A stretch of DNA of 63,602 nt, the filler included. It is 5 parts of 5 records of this genome, joined end to end, with 100 filler letters (N's around TTAATTAATTAA, not from the genome) between each part and the next. Parts side by side here need not be neighbours in the genome. Positions count along the whole stretch, not along the records: positions 22,873 to 45,644 come from SRR31156797_21461; positions 45,745 to 55,909 come from SRR31156797_21485; 3 more parts are not named here. One strand, written 5' to 3'. This document shows, piece after piece, positions 38,910-48,918 of this stretch (within the stretch, counting starts at the first letter, position 1; every line of letters starts with the position of its first letter). The notes below the pieces were generated by a model. It saw only the letters and a program-made list of their open reading frames with translations. It did no database searches and was not told the DNA's origin. The translations under genes were made by a program, and so were the position numbers.

Positions 38910-39491
38910 ATGAAGAATTTATTTGTGTTAGCTATACTACTGATCAGCTTTACAAGTTTCGGTCAGAATGAAAAAAGCAGCATAAATGTTGGCGATAAAG
39001 CTCCATCTTTTACCGCTAAAGACCAAAATGGAACAATTGTAAAAAGTGATGATATTCTTGCCAATGAACAATTGATTGTCGTTTTCTATCGTGGACAATG
39101 GTGTCCTTTATGTAATAAGCACCTTTCTCACTTGCAAGACAATGTAGAGAAGTTTAATAAAGCAGGAGCCAGACTGGTTGCTATATCACCTGAAATACCA
39201 GTAAGTGTTGATAAAACAGTTGAAAAAACAAATGCAGAATACTCTATTCTTTACGATGAAAACAGCAAAATAATGAAGGAGTATGGTGTTGATTTTGTGT
39301 TATCAGAAAAACTTCAAAAAAAATACAAAGAGTATGGAATTGATTTAACAGTTTCTAATGGTAACGATAATCAAATGCTTCCTGTTCCTGCAACCTACGT
39401 TATTGGAAAAGATGGTAAGGTAAAATATGTGCAATATGATCCGAATTATAAAAATAGATCCAATGCAAAAGATATTTTAATGCATTTGTAA
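38910..39491 (+). CDS. Peroxiredoxin-like AhpC/TSA family protein (exported)
   Basis: Signal peptide; VGDKAPSF, FYRGQWCPLC, PVPATYVI. Confidence 0.9.
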   Translation: MKNLFVLAILLISFTSFGQNEKSSINVGDKAPSFTAKDQNGTIVKSDDILANEQLIVVFYRGQWCPLCNKHLSHLQDNVEKFNKAGARLVAISPEIPVSVDKTVEKTNAEYSILYDENSKIMKEYGVDFVLSEKLQKKYKEYGIDLTVSNGNDNQMLPVPATYVIGKDGKVKYVQYDPNYKNRSNAKDILMHL

Positions 39492-39499
39492 AAAATAGG

Positions 39500-39530
39500 A
39501 AGAGCCGCAGTTTTGAACTGTGGCTCTTTT
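39500..39530. terminator. Bidirectional terminator
   Basis: AAGAGCCGCAGTT-TTG-AACTGTGGCTCTT between convergent genes. Confidence 0.75.
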
Positions 39531-40387
39531 TATATAATTCGTTTGTTATAAATCCTGTAATCTTTTGGCGACATTTTAAAGTGTGTCTTGAAAACTCGGT
39601 AGAAATAGCCAATATTTCCGTATCCACAATCTGAAGCAATTGCTTTCACAGAAGCATCGGTCATTATCAATAACCTTGCAGCATATTTTATTTTAGCCTC
39701 GTTGACTGTATCCGTTAAGGTTTTTCCGGTATACTTTTTTAGAATTCTATTGCAATGATCGAGCGATTTATTTGCTAATGATAAAAAACCATCTACACCT
39801 TGCTTAAAAGCAGCAGGAGAATTGTAGTTCTCCAAAGCAGACTGAAGCCAGTATGGCATATCAGGATTAAAGCTCTCGTATGTTGGTTCAATGATTTCAA
39901 AAATAAAAAGAAGCATTCGATCCAAATGAATGTTATTCTTTCTTTGATTGATGACATGGTCAACCTTTCCACTCAACAGACTCAATTCCTCTTTGGGTAT
40001 TCGAAAACTAAAAGGCAAATGGCTAATAGTCCAAAAATAGAGGTTGGTATCAGGAAAATACCTCATCCTATAATAATCCAATGTGGAGCTTTTAAAGGCA
40101 AGATTGGTTATTGTTAATCCTTTAGCAGCTGATTTAGCAATAAAGGTATGCTCATCACCTGGACGAATAGTACACAAATAGCCAGGAAATACTTTCACTT
40201 TCTCATCATTAATCAAGTGATATCCTTCACCTTCTTCAATCCAAAAAATCTCTGCATAATCATGGGTATGCATCTCAATATCACCTTTCGAACGCAATGT
40301 TACTCGCGCCAAATGATAAGCATCTTCGGGATTAGTAAGAAAAGAGTCCAGATGAAATTTCATGATTAATGTTTGCGGTTTATTCAC
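39530..40387 (-). CDS. AraC-family regulator (cupin sensor; ChbR-like)
   Basis: HTHDYAEIF..GEGYH cupin; IASDCGYGNIGYFYRVFK..SPKDYR HTH. Confidence 0.92.
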   Translation of the reverse strand: MNKPQTLIMKFHLDSFLTNPEDAYHLARVTLRSKGDIEMHTHDYAEIFWIEEGEGYHLINDEKVKVFPGYLCTIRPGDEHTFIAKSAAKGLTITNLAFKSSTLDYYRMRYFPDTNLYFWTISHLPFSFRIPKEELSLLSGKVDHVINQRKNNIHLDRMLLFIFEIIEPTYESFNPDMPYWLQSALENYNSPAAFKQGVDGFLSLANKSLDHCNRILKKYTGKTLTDTVNEAKIKYAARLLIMTDASVKAIASDCGYGNIGYFYRVFKTHFKMSPKDYRIYNKRII

Positions 40388-40465
40388 GACAAAATAGAAT
40401 TTTTATTCAGCAAAAAAAAGGATTGTATCTGAATACAATCCCTCATTAAAAACGATTATTTATAG

Positions 40466-41896
40466 TTATTCTAAGCCTAAATTCTTTTTTATCTTTTCTG
40501 GAAGGAATGATTTCTTTGCAAACGGATGAGCCTCTGTATTAAACACATAGTCATCCAAATTAAAAACTCCCGTTTCCTCTGTAAAAGTTAAGTATAAATA
40601 TTTCATTGTTTCCGCAAAGAAAAAAGTAGGCATGTAATCTTTTTTCTCCATTGTTCTAACATCATTAACAGATGAGAAAGCAACTTCAGTTCTGCAGTAT
40701 TTCTTGATATCCAACCAGTATTGATCAACCATATCGTAATATTTCTGTTTTCCTGTAATGTGATACAAATAATAGGCTGATTCAATAATTTCAGGATTCA
40801 AATCATAAGCCGGATAAGTCGGTTCACCTTGTTTGTAATCGTAGATCATAGGTTCCAAACCATATTTATTCCAAAGTCCATCCCAGGTATTCTGAGTTTT
40901 TTCAGCTCTTCTTAGGTCTCCATCCAAAGCTAAAATGGACTGGAAGAATGCATCGTACAAAGTTACAATGCTGGCAAATTGTCTTCCAGAATGCGGATCG
41001 ATGCAATCGCGTGTACCAGTGTGCATATTTACTCGACCATACCACAATGTTGAATCTGTTTCTTCCGCCACATGTTTATTGATAGCAGCAATACTTTCAT
41101 CCCACATTTTTTGCGAATCCTTATCGCCAAACAACAACATACTCTTGTATAAATACTCATAGTACGAATCAGCTCCAGCACAAATATGAGAATGATCGTT
41201 TAACCATTCGCCGGTTTCTACATTGATTAAATCGGCTACCAAATTCAAGTCGGAACGTCGTTCCCAAATAGCTAAATTAGCTTTCTTCGCTGTTTGATAA
41301 TAAATTGGATTTCCAGTGTAATAACTCAAAATTCCCAATTCGAACATATAGGAAGCTGCTTCAGCTAAATTAATCTTAGCTCCTTTTGTTTCGCCAGTTT
41401 TCAAGTTCACCCAGTAGTAAGGTATTCCGGTTGGAGAATCGAACGCTTTCAACATTCTTTTCCCAAAATCTTCAGCTTTTTCAAGAATTCTTGGATCTGG
41501 ATTGTATTCATACATTGCCAATAAACCACCCATAATTCGGATATTCACCTCGAATGTTTTCACAAATAAATCCTTGTCCCAACTAATACTATCTATCAAA
41601 TAATTTTCAACTTCTTTAGCTTGCTCGTCAAGTCCCATTACCTTCATGGTACTATAGGCATCAATAGGTGAGATGTGCAATGATTCCTTGTACCAATCTT
41701 GGTATGATTTTGATAATGGTAATAATACATCATGTCCCCATGCATACTTTTTATAAGCATCCCAAGATCTTACAAATTCATCCTTAACTTCCTGTGCCAA
41801 TGGATTAATTTTCACCTCTTCCTTTTTTGCTTGCTTAGGCTGGCAAGCAGCTAACACAATGGCAAAAACAATTAACAAATAACTTAGCTTCTTCAT
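40466..41896 (-). CDS. Glycoside hydrolase family 47 (alpha-1,2-mannosidase-like) lipoprotein
   Basis: Lipobox LAAC; YAWGHD, FEVNIR.MGGLL, DSYYEYLYK, PEIIES, FFFAETMKYLYL, FNTEAHP; ATG 41896 preferred. Confidence 0.92.
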   Translation of the reverse strand: MKKLSYLLIVFAIVLAACQPKQAKKEEVKINPLAQEVKDEFVRSWDAYKKYAWGHDVLLPLSKSYQDWYKESLHISPIDAYSTMKVMGLDEQAKEVENYLIDSISWDKDLFVKTFEVNIRIMGGLLAMYEYNPDPRILEKAEDFGKRMLKAFDSPTGIPYYWVNLKTGETKGAKINLAEAASYMFELGILSYYTGNPIYYQTAKKANLAIWERRSDLNLVADLINVETGEWLNDHSHICAGADSYYEYLYKSMLLFGDKDSQKMWDESIAAINKHVAEETDSTLWYGRVNMHTGTRDCIDPHSGRQFASIVTLYDAFFQSILALDGDLRRAEKTQNTWDGLWNKYGLEPMIYDYKQGEPTYPAYDLNPEIIESAYYLYHITGKQKYYDMVDQYWLDIKKYCRTEVAFSSVNDVRTMEKKDYMPTFFFAETMKYLYLTFTEETGVFNLDDYVFNTEAHPFAKKSFLPEKIKKNLGLE

Positions 41897-42128
41897 TATT
41901 AATTCAATTTTATTTTTCGTCTCTTCTATCACAACTACATCCACCCAGAATTATTACTAAGAAGATCTATGCAATTGTGATTCAAAAATACCTTATCAGA
42001 AAATTAATAAATGATACAAAAAAGACTTTTAATGTGAATTTACTACACTACAGCGATATTACCTTCAGCTTCGTTAAAATTAAAATCAAAAAAAAGGTTG
42101 ATTGTAAATCAACCTTTCCATTATAATT

Positions 42129-45100
42129 TTATTTCTGACGTTTTCGGGTAATACGAATATGTCCTTCAGGCAAGATAGTAACCCAGAAAATTTCGATAAG
42201 AAGTATTGCTCTTCGCAGTACATCAAAATACAAAGAGAAATAAAAGATGATAGTAGTTAGCCAAATGATAATCACATTGAACCAAAAAGTATCAATTAAG
42301 AAATTACCGATTCTCTTTTGGGATGCAAAAAAGTGTGCCCGCCCATTCTTATAAATAGGCGTCTGAAAAACAGGATCTTTTAATTGGATATACTCTTCCT
42401 TATACTTTATAAGCTTATTGATTTCCCTACGGTTTAATACAATTTGTTCAATGGCTTCGTTATGGTAATCTTGCTTAAACTCAATTACCTTTTTACGATC
42501 TCCCAAATTACTGATTAAGTCACCAAAAACTTTATCACGTTCATTCGATTGGGTTTTATACTCAGACCATCCCGCTTGTTTTATTTGTTCTAACCACGAA
42601 TTTACCTTTTCCTTAGAATGACGCAATCCTATCCGGGATATTTCTAAATCATCAGGAAGATTATAAATATTCGATAGTTTAATCAATTCATTTTTTATCA
42701 ATCGAAAATCTTTTTCATTCTCTTTTTTTAACCATGAATTATAAGTTTGTTTCAGAGAAGGAAGCAAGAATGATGAGCGAAAAGAGACTTCACTCATTTT
42801 TTGTTCATACGGAAAAAATTGAGATTGAAAATCATTATTCTTGAACTGCTCTACCACCAAAGCTTCGTATGCCCAACGAGATGTCATCAAATCACCAACT
42901 ATAGGAACATATTTTTGAGTCGTAATTGCCGGGTGAAGTTTATTAAAACTTACAATTACACCCGAGAATAAAAGTTGAGGCACCAAAATAAAGGGAATAG
43001 AAACGTAAACAGCAACTACCGAATTCAGTCCTGCTGACAAGTTTAATCCAATTAAATTGGCACAGGCAGAAGCTGTATAAAGTACCAGCCAGTACTCCAA
43101 ACTAAGTCCCTTAATCTCAAGAATAGTATTGGCAAACAACACAAATAAAAATGTTTGAATTGCTGAAATACTTAGCAGAATAATAACCTTTGAATTCAAA
43201 TAACTGGAGCGACTCAAATTAAGAAACTGCTCACGTTTCATCATTCTTCTATCATGAAGTATTTCTTCAGCAGATATGATCAAACCCAAAAACAAGGCAA
43301 CCACAACTGCCATAAATATGAATGACGGGATATTCTCATTCTGAGAAAATATATAGGTAGGATGATCAACATCTGCTCCACTGATATACTTTGTAAAATA
43401 TCCCAAAATAATCGCGAGCAAAGGCGCTTCCATCAAAGTAATCAACATATATTGCCGATTGCTAAGTTTTGATTTTACATCTCTTGATAAATAGATTTTC
43501 AACTGATCCCAACGCTTTGGAATACTAAAATAATTTTTAGGTATAAGTTTCTTACGTTTTGGTTTAGTAACCTTAGTTTTATTTTCAATGTTCTCCCGAT
43601 ATAGCTCATACCACTCCTCAGAACTTCTCTTACGCTTACGAATCTGCTTACCATATTCGTTCATCATACGCGCTTCGATAATGCGCAAAATTTGTTCAGA
43701 ACTTACATTCCCACAAGTCAAACACTCACTTTCATCAGCTTTCACATAATGCGATTGTGTTTTAAAATAAACTACCGCATCAATTGGGTTTCCGAAGTAA
43801 ATGACCTTCCCTCCCTGGTCCATCATCACCAGTTTATCCAGCAATTTAAAAATATCAGAAGATGGTTGATGTATATTACAGATCACAAGTTTTCCTTTTA
43901 AAACCTGTCTTTTTAAAAGAATCATCACCTTTTCGGAATCCATACTCGACAAACCCGAAGTAGGTTCGTCTACAAAAAGAACTGACGGTTCTCGCATCAA
44001 CTCCAAGGCAATATTTAAGCGCTTTCGCTGACCTCCGCTCAACACCTTATTAATTGGATCACCCACTTTAAGATCACGAGCCTCAACCAGATCAAAATCT
44101 TCAATTGTTTTATCGATAATTTCCTCTATTATATCATCAGAAGTATCGTCAAAACACAATTTGGCATTATAGTACAAATTCTCATAAACAGTCAATTCTT
44201 CAACCAATAAGTCATCTTGCGGTACATAACCAATAACTCCCCTAAGTTTTTCTTTATCGATATGAAGATTGTAGCCATTTATAAAAATTTCTCCATTCTT
44301 TAAAGGTAGATTTCCATTCAAAACATTCAAAAATGTAGATTTACCAGTACCACTACCACCCATTACACCAACCATTTGACCTGATTCCATTTTCATGCTA
44401 ACAGGTTGCAAACCATTATTTGATCCGGGAAAATTAAATTCTACTTCTTTGGCAATAAATTCAATATCTGATAAATTTCTACGCTCGATAAATACCGAAG
44501 AAATCTGGGAGTAATAAATCGGATCTATCCGAGGACTTCGAACCACAGATCCAAACGAAAGAATATAGCCCCTATCCAATTTCACATTGTGCCCATTCAG
44601 AAAGAGATTGTACTCACCAAAATACTTCATTATTAAAGTATTGGTACTTTCTAAATGCAGAATAAATATTCGTCCTCGCAATCGGGGACTATGGATATGT
44701 TTAACCACTTCATGTTCCCAATTTTCATTGCTATCAATTAGGAGTAAATGTTCATTAAATGGAATTGAATATTCATCTCCAATTAAAAACTGGCGACTAT
44801 ATTCAAACTCATGCTTTGGAATACGAAATGCTTTAGAAACGGTTTTTACAAAATCAAGTTCTTCAGGACCCGTAAACTCTGTATCATCAATAAACTCAAG
44901 CAATTGCAGCATCACCCAAACTTTTTGTTCCTGTTCAGCCTCCTCGGCTAATTTCAAACAAATATTTGCGACTTGTTCATGCTTTTTACGCAGAGAATCT
45001 TTATTTCCATCCTCGTAATACGATTCTTTTAAAAAACGATCGAAATTTTCAAGGTAGCGCTCAATCCACTCCTTACTAAACTGTTTCTGAAGCCAACTTG

Positions 45101-45197
45101 CAACAACATCACGTGCCGCCATCTCAAAACCAAGCTTTTGCTCATCCACAATAATGGCAAAAAGTCGCATCAAAGCATTCAGTAAGGATTCATTCAT
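42129..45197 (-). CDS. TerB-like + FHA-like + ABCG/White-type ATPase + ABC2 permease fusion
   Basis: GGSGTGKST, LSGGQRKR, VLFVDEPTSGL, NIHQPS, then six-TM permease; NBD-before-TMD order. Confidence 0.85.
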   Translation of the reverse strand: MNESLLNALMRLFAIIVDEQKLGFEMAARDVVASWLQKQFSKEWIERYLENFDRFLKESYYEDGNKDSLRKKHEQVANICLKLAEEAEQEQKVWVMLQLLEFIDDTEFTGPEELDFVKTVSKAFRIPKHEFEYSRQFLIGDEYSIPFNEHLLLIDSNENWEHEVVKHIHSPRLRGRIFILHLESTNTLIMKYFGEYNLFLNGHNVKLDRGYILSFGSVVRSPRIDPIYYSQISSVFIERRNLSDIEFIAKEVEFNFPGSNNGLQPVSMKMESGQMVGVMGGSGTGKSTFLNVLNGNLPLKNGEIFINGYNLHIDKEKLRGVIGYVPQDDLLVEELTVYENLYYNAKLCFDDTSDDIIEEIIDKTIEDFDLVEARDLKVGDPINKVLSGGQRKRLNIALELMREPSVLFVDEPTSGLSSMDSEKVMILLKRQVLKGKLVICNIHQPSSDIFKLLDKLVMMDQGGKVIYFGNPIDAVVYFKTQSHYVKADESECLTCGNVSSEQILRIIEARMMNEYGKQIRKRKRSSEEWYELYRENIENKTKVTKPKRKKLIPKNYFSIPKRWDQLKIYLSRDVKSKLSNRQYMLITLMEAPLLAIILGYFTKYISGADVDHPTYIFSQNENIPSFIFMAVVVALFLGLIISAEEILHDRRMMKREQFLNLSRSSYLNSKVIILLSISAIQTFLFVLFANTILEIKGLSLEYWLVLYTASACANLIGLNLSAGLNSVVAVYVSIPFILVPQLLFSGVIVSFNKLHPAITTQKYVPIVGDLMTSRWAYEALVVEQFKNNDFQSQFFPYEQKMSEVSFRSSFLLPSLKQTYNSWLKKENEKDFRLIKNELIKLSNIYNLPDDLEISRIGLRHSKEKVNSWLEQIKQAGWSEYKTQSNERDKVFGDLISNLGDRKKVIEFKQDYHNEAIEQIVLNRREINKLIKYKEEYIQLKDPVFQTPIYKNGRAHFFASQKRIGNFLIDTFWFNVIIIWLTTIIFYFSLYFDVLRRAILLIEIFWVTILPEGHIRITRKRQK

Positions 45198-45485
45198 GAG
45201 GTAAAGTTAGAATTATTGGCGCTAATGGTCTTGGTTTCTGACAAGGCACTAATTTAGACAATTTACTTGAGCTATGGAATAAAACATTTTTACAAAAATT
45301 AAATCAAAAGCAACTTAATCTATATTTATTCGATTTCATTAGAAAACAATCAGTCCAACGAATCGTACTTAATCATCGATAAAACACAAAATACAACGGT
45401 TTAATGCTTCTTTCCATGTAGTTTTTTAATCTTTTTTAACACTTCTTATCATGAGTTAACCTTTGATTTTCATACCTTTGGTAAT

Positions 45486-45580
45486 GTACTACAACAAGTA
45501 GTATTTTTCATAGATTAAAGATTTAGGTTAGTAATTAGTGGTTAGAGAGAATCCCGGACGCCCGTTCGGGATTTTTCTTT
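45486..45580 (+). ncRNA. Candidate UUAG-repeat small RNA (~95 nt)
   Basis: TACCTTTG -7 box at 45473-45480; 5' hairpin UACUAC-AACAA-GUAGUA; UUUAGGUUAGUAAUUAGUGGUUAG core; terminator AUCCCGGAC-GCCC-GUUCGGGAU-UUUUCUUU. Confidence 0.7.
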
Positions 45581-45644
45581 GCTATAACTTTAATAAAGTA
45601 CTATTAACTCTTCTTTTATAATCCTTTAACATTTTTTTGATCCA

Positions 45645-45744
45645 NNNNNNNNNNNNNNNNNNNNNNNNNNNNNNNNNNNNNNNNNNNNTTAATTAATTAA
45701 NNNNNNNNNNNNNNNNNNNNNNNNNNNNNNNNNNNNNNNNNNNN
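45645..45744. other. Artificial contig-joining linker
   Basis: N44-TTAATTAATTAA-N44. Confidence 0.98.
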
Positions 45745-45912
45745 TCGGTACGAACCTTTAAAAACAAACGGGATTTTTAATTTATCAGAAATGCGAACTA
45801 TCTTTTCAGCAATTTCAAAAGCCATTTCTTCTCCCTCGATGGCACATGGTCCGGCAAGCAGAAAAAAATTCCCGGAGTCGGTATATTTCAGGTTCTTAAT
45901 TTGTGGAATCAT
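45745..45912 (-). CDS. kdsA: KDO8P synthase (3'-truncated)
   Basis: FFLLAGPCAIEG..IPFVFKGSYR. Confidence 0.9.
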
Positions 45913-46110
45913 AGTTTCGTTTTTGTTAATTGCAAAAATAGTAAGTTATGTCGATTCAACAATGTTTAAAGAAATATTGGATTTCTTTTCACAGGAAGAT
46001 ATACCTAATACTACAGGATGCACATCTATCGTATATTCATTTTATTCACTTTAAATTTCTTATTTTTAGATGTAATTCTGTGTATTTTAAAAACTAACAT
46101 AACTAAAATC

Positions 46111-48831
46111 ATGAAACGAATTCAATTCCTTATCATTTTTGCTTTATTTCTGGTTCATATTTCTGAAGCAAAAATTAAACCGTTACAATTAACCTGTGAA
46201 TATTTGGAAAACCCCGGAGTAGTTGATGTTGAGCAACCCCGTTTATCGTGGATAAATATTGCTGAAGAAGGCGAGTTTGGACAAGTGCAAACAGCATGGC
46301 AAATCAGGGTTGCCGATACAAAAGAGCAACTTGAAAGTCCAAATTTATGGGAAAGTAAAAAGATTGAATCCAATCAATCTACCCGTGTAAAATACGATGG
46401 TAAAAAATTAAAATCGCGGCAGGATTGCTGGTGGCAGGTACGTGTTTGGGATAAAAACGGCGAAGTATCAGATTGGAGTGAACCTGCGTTCTGGCACATG
46501 GGATTATTAAATGAAAAAGACTGGAAAGCAACCTGGATTGGTGCACCCTGGCAGGGAGAGGAAACTTTGGCAAAACCGCGAAATCGAAATGCAGTAATCC
46601 CGGAAGAACTTCCCCCACCGGCACCGCTATTCCGGAAAGAGTTTAATGTTCAAAAAGAAATAAAAAAAGCGGTTGCTTATGTTACCGGGCTGGGATATTT
46701 TGAAATGTATTTGAATGGAGAAAAAGTAGGAGACGATGTGTTGGTTCCCAACCAGACAAATTATGGAAAACGGCCGGAACTGGTTAATCAGGGAATTCCA
46801 CTTCCCGATGATTTCAGAGAATATAAAGTAATGTATATGGCTTATGATATTTCGGAAATGTTAAAACCGGGAGAAAACTGTGTGGGAAGTATTTTAGGAA
46901 ACGGATTTTACAATCCCGCAAAACATTGGGCTTTGGGTTACGGAACTCCTCGATTCCTGGCTCAAATTCATGTTACTTATTCCGATGGTTCTGAAGAGAT
47001 TATTGTGAGTGACGAAACATGGAAAGCTTCGAAAAGTGCCATTTTAATGGATATGGTTTATTATGGCGAACATTACGATGCACGCTTGGAACAACCGGGC
47101 TGGTGTACCGCAGATTTTGATGATTCTGCATGGGAAAGTGCAATAAAACGAAATGCCCCTGAGGGGAAATTAGCAGCTCATACGGCTTATCCCGATAAAG
47201 TAGTTGAACAACTGAAACCTGTGCGAATAGAAAGAATGTACAACGGAAATTATAAGGTCGATTTTGGTGTTGAGATTTCAGGCTGGGTACGACTTATAAA
47301 TGCAGAGGGACCGGAAGGGCATAAAATTGAAATCAAATATTTAAGTAATACGTATTCAGGCGATAATTCCTATATATTTAGCGGAAAAGGAAAAGAAAAT
47401 TATGCTGCCCGTTTTAACTGGTTTGTTTTCAGGGAAGTGGAAATTGTAAACTGGCCGGACGTATTGAATCCTGAACAGATTATTGCCGAAGTGGTAAATA
47501 CACAAATTGAAGAATCTGCAGTCTTTGAAACCTCAAATCAGTTATTTAATGGTATTAATAAAATTTGGAAACGCAGCCAAACCGATAATATGCACGGTGG
47601 AATTGCCAGCGATTGTCCGCACCGCGAGCGCTCTCCTTATACCGGCGACGGGCAGGTTGCATGTATTACGGTAATGCATAATTTCGATGCTAGAAATTTT
47701 TATCAAAAATGGATTCAGGATATTATTGGAGCTCAAATTGTTGAAACCGGATATGTACCAAACGGAGCACCCTGGCAACCCGGTTGCGGGGGAGGAGTAG
47801 CCTGGGGAGCCGCTATAAATATTATGCCGTGGGAGTTTTATCTTCATTATGGTTCGAAAGATATTTTAGAGGATTCTTATACGGCAATGAAAGAATATGT
47901 GCGTTACATGCAGACCTGGATCGACGATGACGGAATTATGTATTCGCAACGTGTAGGTAGGAATGGAAATGTATTACGTTGGTTTAATTTAGGCGATTGG
48001 GTAACACCCGGAGAATTACCGGCCGACGATCTTGTACATACATTTTATTTCTGGCGATGTGCCGATTTAACCTCAAAATCGGCAAAAGCACTGGGAAATT
48101 TAGAGGAGGCAAAATATTATTCTGATTTGGCCAAAGCAACAAAAGAAGCTTTTCAAAAGCGGTTTTATAATGAGGAAAAAGGGAGTTACGGTATTGGTGG
48201 AGGAAATATTTTTGCCCTGAAAATGGGGGTACCCGAAAATCAGTATCAAAAAGTAATTTCAGCATTAAAAAAAGATATCAAAGAAAACGATGGTCATTTG
48301 GATACCGGAATTTTTGGAACCCAGTTTTTTTTCGAAGTATTAACTGAAAACGGAATGCACGATTTGGCTTTTGAAGCCATGAATAAAAAAGATGAACCGG
48401 GATATGGCCGCTGGCTGGAACTGGGGGCAACAACATCGTGGGAACACTGGGACACAGGAGGCTCACACAATCACCCGATGTTTGGTGGCGGAATGGTCTG
48501 GTTGTACCGTAAACTGGCAGGAATGAATGCCGATGAAAATGAACCCGGTTACCGCCATATTATATTTAAACCGCAACCGGTCGATGAAGTTTCTTATTCA
48601 AAATATTATAATCAAACTTCTTTTGGTGAAGCCGGAATTTTTTGGGAAAAATCGGATGCAGATTTTTCAATGGAAATAACAGTTCCCGTGGGGAGCTATG
48701 CTACTGTTTATGTGCCGGCAAACAAGAACCAGAATGTTACATCTTCTGAATTTACTGAAACAGTTGGAGAAGAATTGAATTATAAAATTTATAAAGTAGG
48801 AAGCGGGAACTACAATTTTACGGTTGAGTAG
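46111..48831 (+). CDS. Glycoside hydrolase family 78 (alpha-L-rhamnosidase-like)
   Basis: LTCEYLENP, YGEHYDAR, SDCPHRERSPYTGD, GATTSWEHW, SHNHPMFG; ATG 46111 with signal peptide. Confidence 0.93.
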   Translation: MKRIQFLIIFALFLVHISEAKIKPLQLTCEYLENPGVVDVEQPRLSWINIAEEGEFGQVQTAWQIRVADTKEQLESPNLWESKKIESNQSTRVKYDGKKLKSRQDCWWQVRVWDKNGEVSDWSEPAFWHMGLLNEKDWKATWIGAPWQGEETLAKPRNRNAVIPEELPPPAPLFRKEFNVQKEIKKAVAYVTGLGYFEMYLNGEKVGDDVLVPNQTNYGKRPELVNQGIPLPDDFREYKVMYMAYDISEMLKPGENCVGSILGNGFYNPAKHWALGYGTPRFLAQIHVTYSDGSEEIIVSDETWKASKSAILMDMVYYGEHYDARLEQPGWCTADFDDSAWESAIKRNAPEGKLAAHTAYPDKVVEQLKPVRIERMYNGNYKVDFGVEISGWVRLINAEGPEGHKIEIKYLSNTYSGDNSYIFSGKGKENYAARFNWFVFREVEIVNWPDVLNPEQIIAEVVNTQIEESAVFETSNQLFNGINKIWKRSQTDNMHGGIASDCPHRERSPYTGDGQVACITVMHNFDARNFYQKWIQDIIGAQIVETGYVPNGAPWQPGCGGGVAWGAAINIMPWEFYLHYGSKDILEDSYTAMKEYVRYMQTWIDDDGIMYSQRVGRNGNVLRWFNLGDWVTPGELPADDLVHTFYFWRCADLTSKSAKALGNLEEAKYYSDLAKATKEAFQKRFYNEEKGSYGIGGGNIFALKMGVPENQYQKVISALKKDIKENDGHLDTGIFGTQFFFEVLTENGMHDLAFEAMNKKDEPGYGRWLELGATTSWEHWDTGGSHNHPMFGGGMVWLYRKLAGMNADENEPGYRHIIFKPQPVDEVSYSKYYNQTSFGEAGIFWEKSDADFSMEITVPVGSYATVYVPANKNQNVTSSEFTETVGEELNYKIYKVGSGNYNFTVE

Positions 48832-48872
48832 GATACTGTGCTAATACCCGAAAAAGTAAAACCGATGTAATA

Positions 48873-48912
48873 TTCAGGAAGTAAAACATTAATTTTGTTT
48901 TACTTCCTGAAT
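48873..48912. terminator. Bidirectional terminator
   Basis: TTCAGGAAGTAAAACA...TGTTTTACTTCCTGAA. Confidence 0.75.
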
Positions 48913-48918
48913 TAACAG

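Noticed and set aside
16692-45580. Direct genetic linkage of the RRM gene with the contig 3 UUAG sRNAs
   Set aside because: Different contigs; only a functional analogy can be argued
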